Source: Haplodiscus bocki
Lineage: Eukaryota
DNA length: 64,000 nucleotides
Direction: 5' to 3'
Assembly (NCBI GenBank): GCA_965655095.1
Contig: OZ296654.1
Span: forward strand, 2,046,001-2,110,000
The notes under the pieces were generated by a model. It did no database searches and was not told the DNA's origin. It worked only from the letters and a program-made list of their open reading frames with translations. The number at the start of each line of letters is the position of its first letter. Within the stretch, counting starts at the first letter, position 1. Positions 63,861 to 64,000 of the stretch are shown here, piece after piece. The position numbers were made by a program, and so were the translations under genes.

Positions 63861-64000
63861 TTTAATCAGAATCAGACTGTGACAATTACCAGCTGCGTCA
63901 AAAAAATAAAGTCAATGTCTCAAATGTCTGCTCTTTTACGACGAAGTTGCTGAGAAATATCTGACAAAAAAGTCTGGTTTCTACACCATGAAAAAAATTA

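Larger units (their letters stand above)
59360..64000 (-). mobile_element. Polinton/Maverick (adintovirus-like) endogenous element, decayed; one terminus in the window
   Basis: AGTAGTAG terminus at 59360, followed by the gene block INT, minor capsid, small basic protein, major capsid, cysteine protease, all on the minus strand. Confidence 0.9.

Noticed and set aside
63900-64000. Walker-B-like KCLLFYDE as Polinton ATPase
   Set aside because: Too short, on the opposite strand to the gene block, and cut by the window edge.

Overview
AT-rich eukaryotic (animal-like) scaffold with three N-gaps, dominated by decayed transposable elements. It holds no intact multi-domain ORF and no prokaryotic features such as CRISPR or operons. 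From left to right: (1) the 5' part of a Gypsy LTR retrotransposon (gag, minus strand). (2) MITEs and two Helentron-associated (DINE-1/HINE-like) elements. (3) Three phase-compatible minus-strand host exons (12.4, 11.4-11.7 and 6.9 kb), plus candidate upstream exons near 39-40 kb that resemble class B (secretin/adhesion) GPCR TM5-TM7. (4) A 322-bp non-LTR insertion with a perfect 13-bp TSD. (5) A ~14-kb Gypsy-like element with gag, protease, RNase H and GPF/Y remnants but no recognisable RT palm or integrase core, followed by a ~5-kb decayed second ORF with a zinc-finger-like start and an SGNH-hydrolase-like segment. This is the best candidate for an unusual system. (6) Solo LTRs whose 3' ends carry an ORF start. 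(7) A BEL/Pao pol whose LTR contains a tRNA-like Pol III cassette. (8) A decayed ~170-nt coding tandem array. (9) One end of a Polinton/Maverick with integrase, minor and major capsid and adenain-like protease pseudogenes. All calls come from manual reading. Boundaries marked ~ are approximate and no database search was run.
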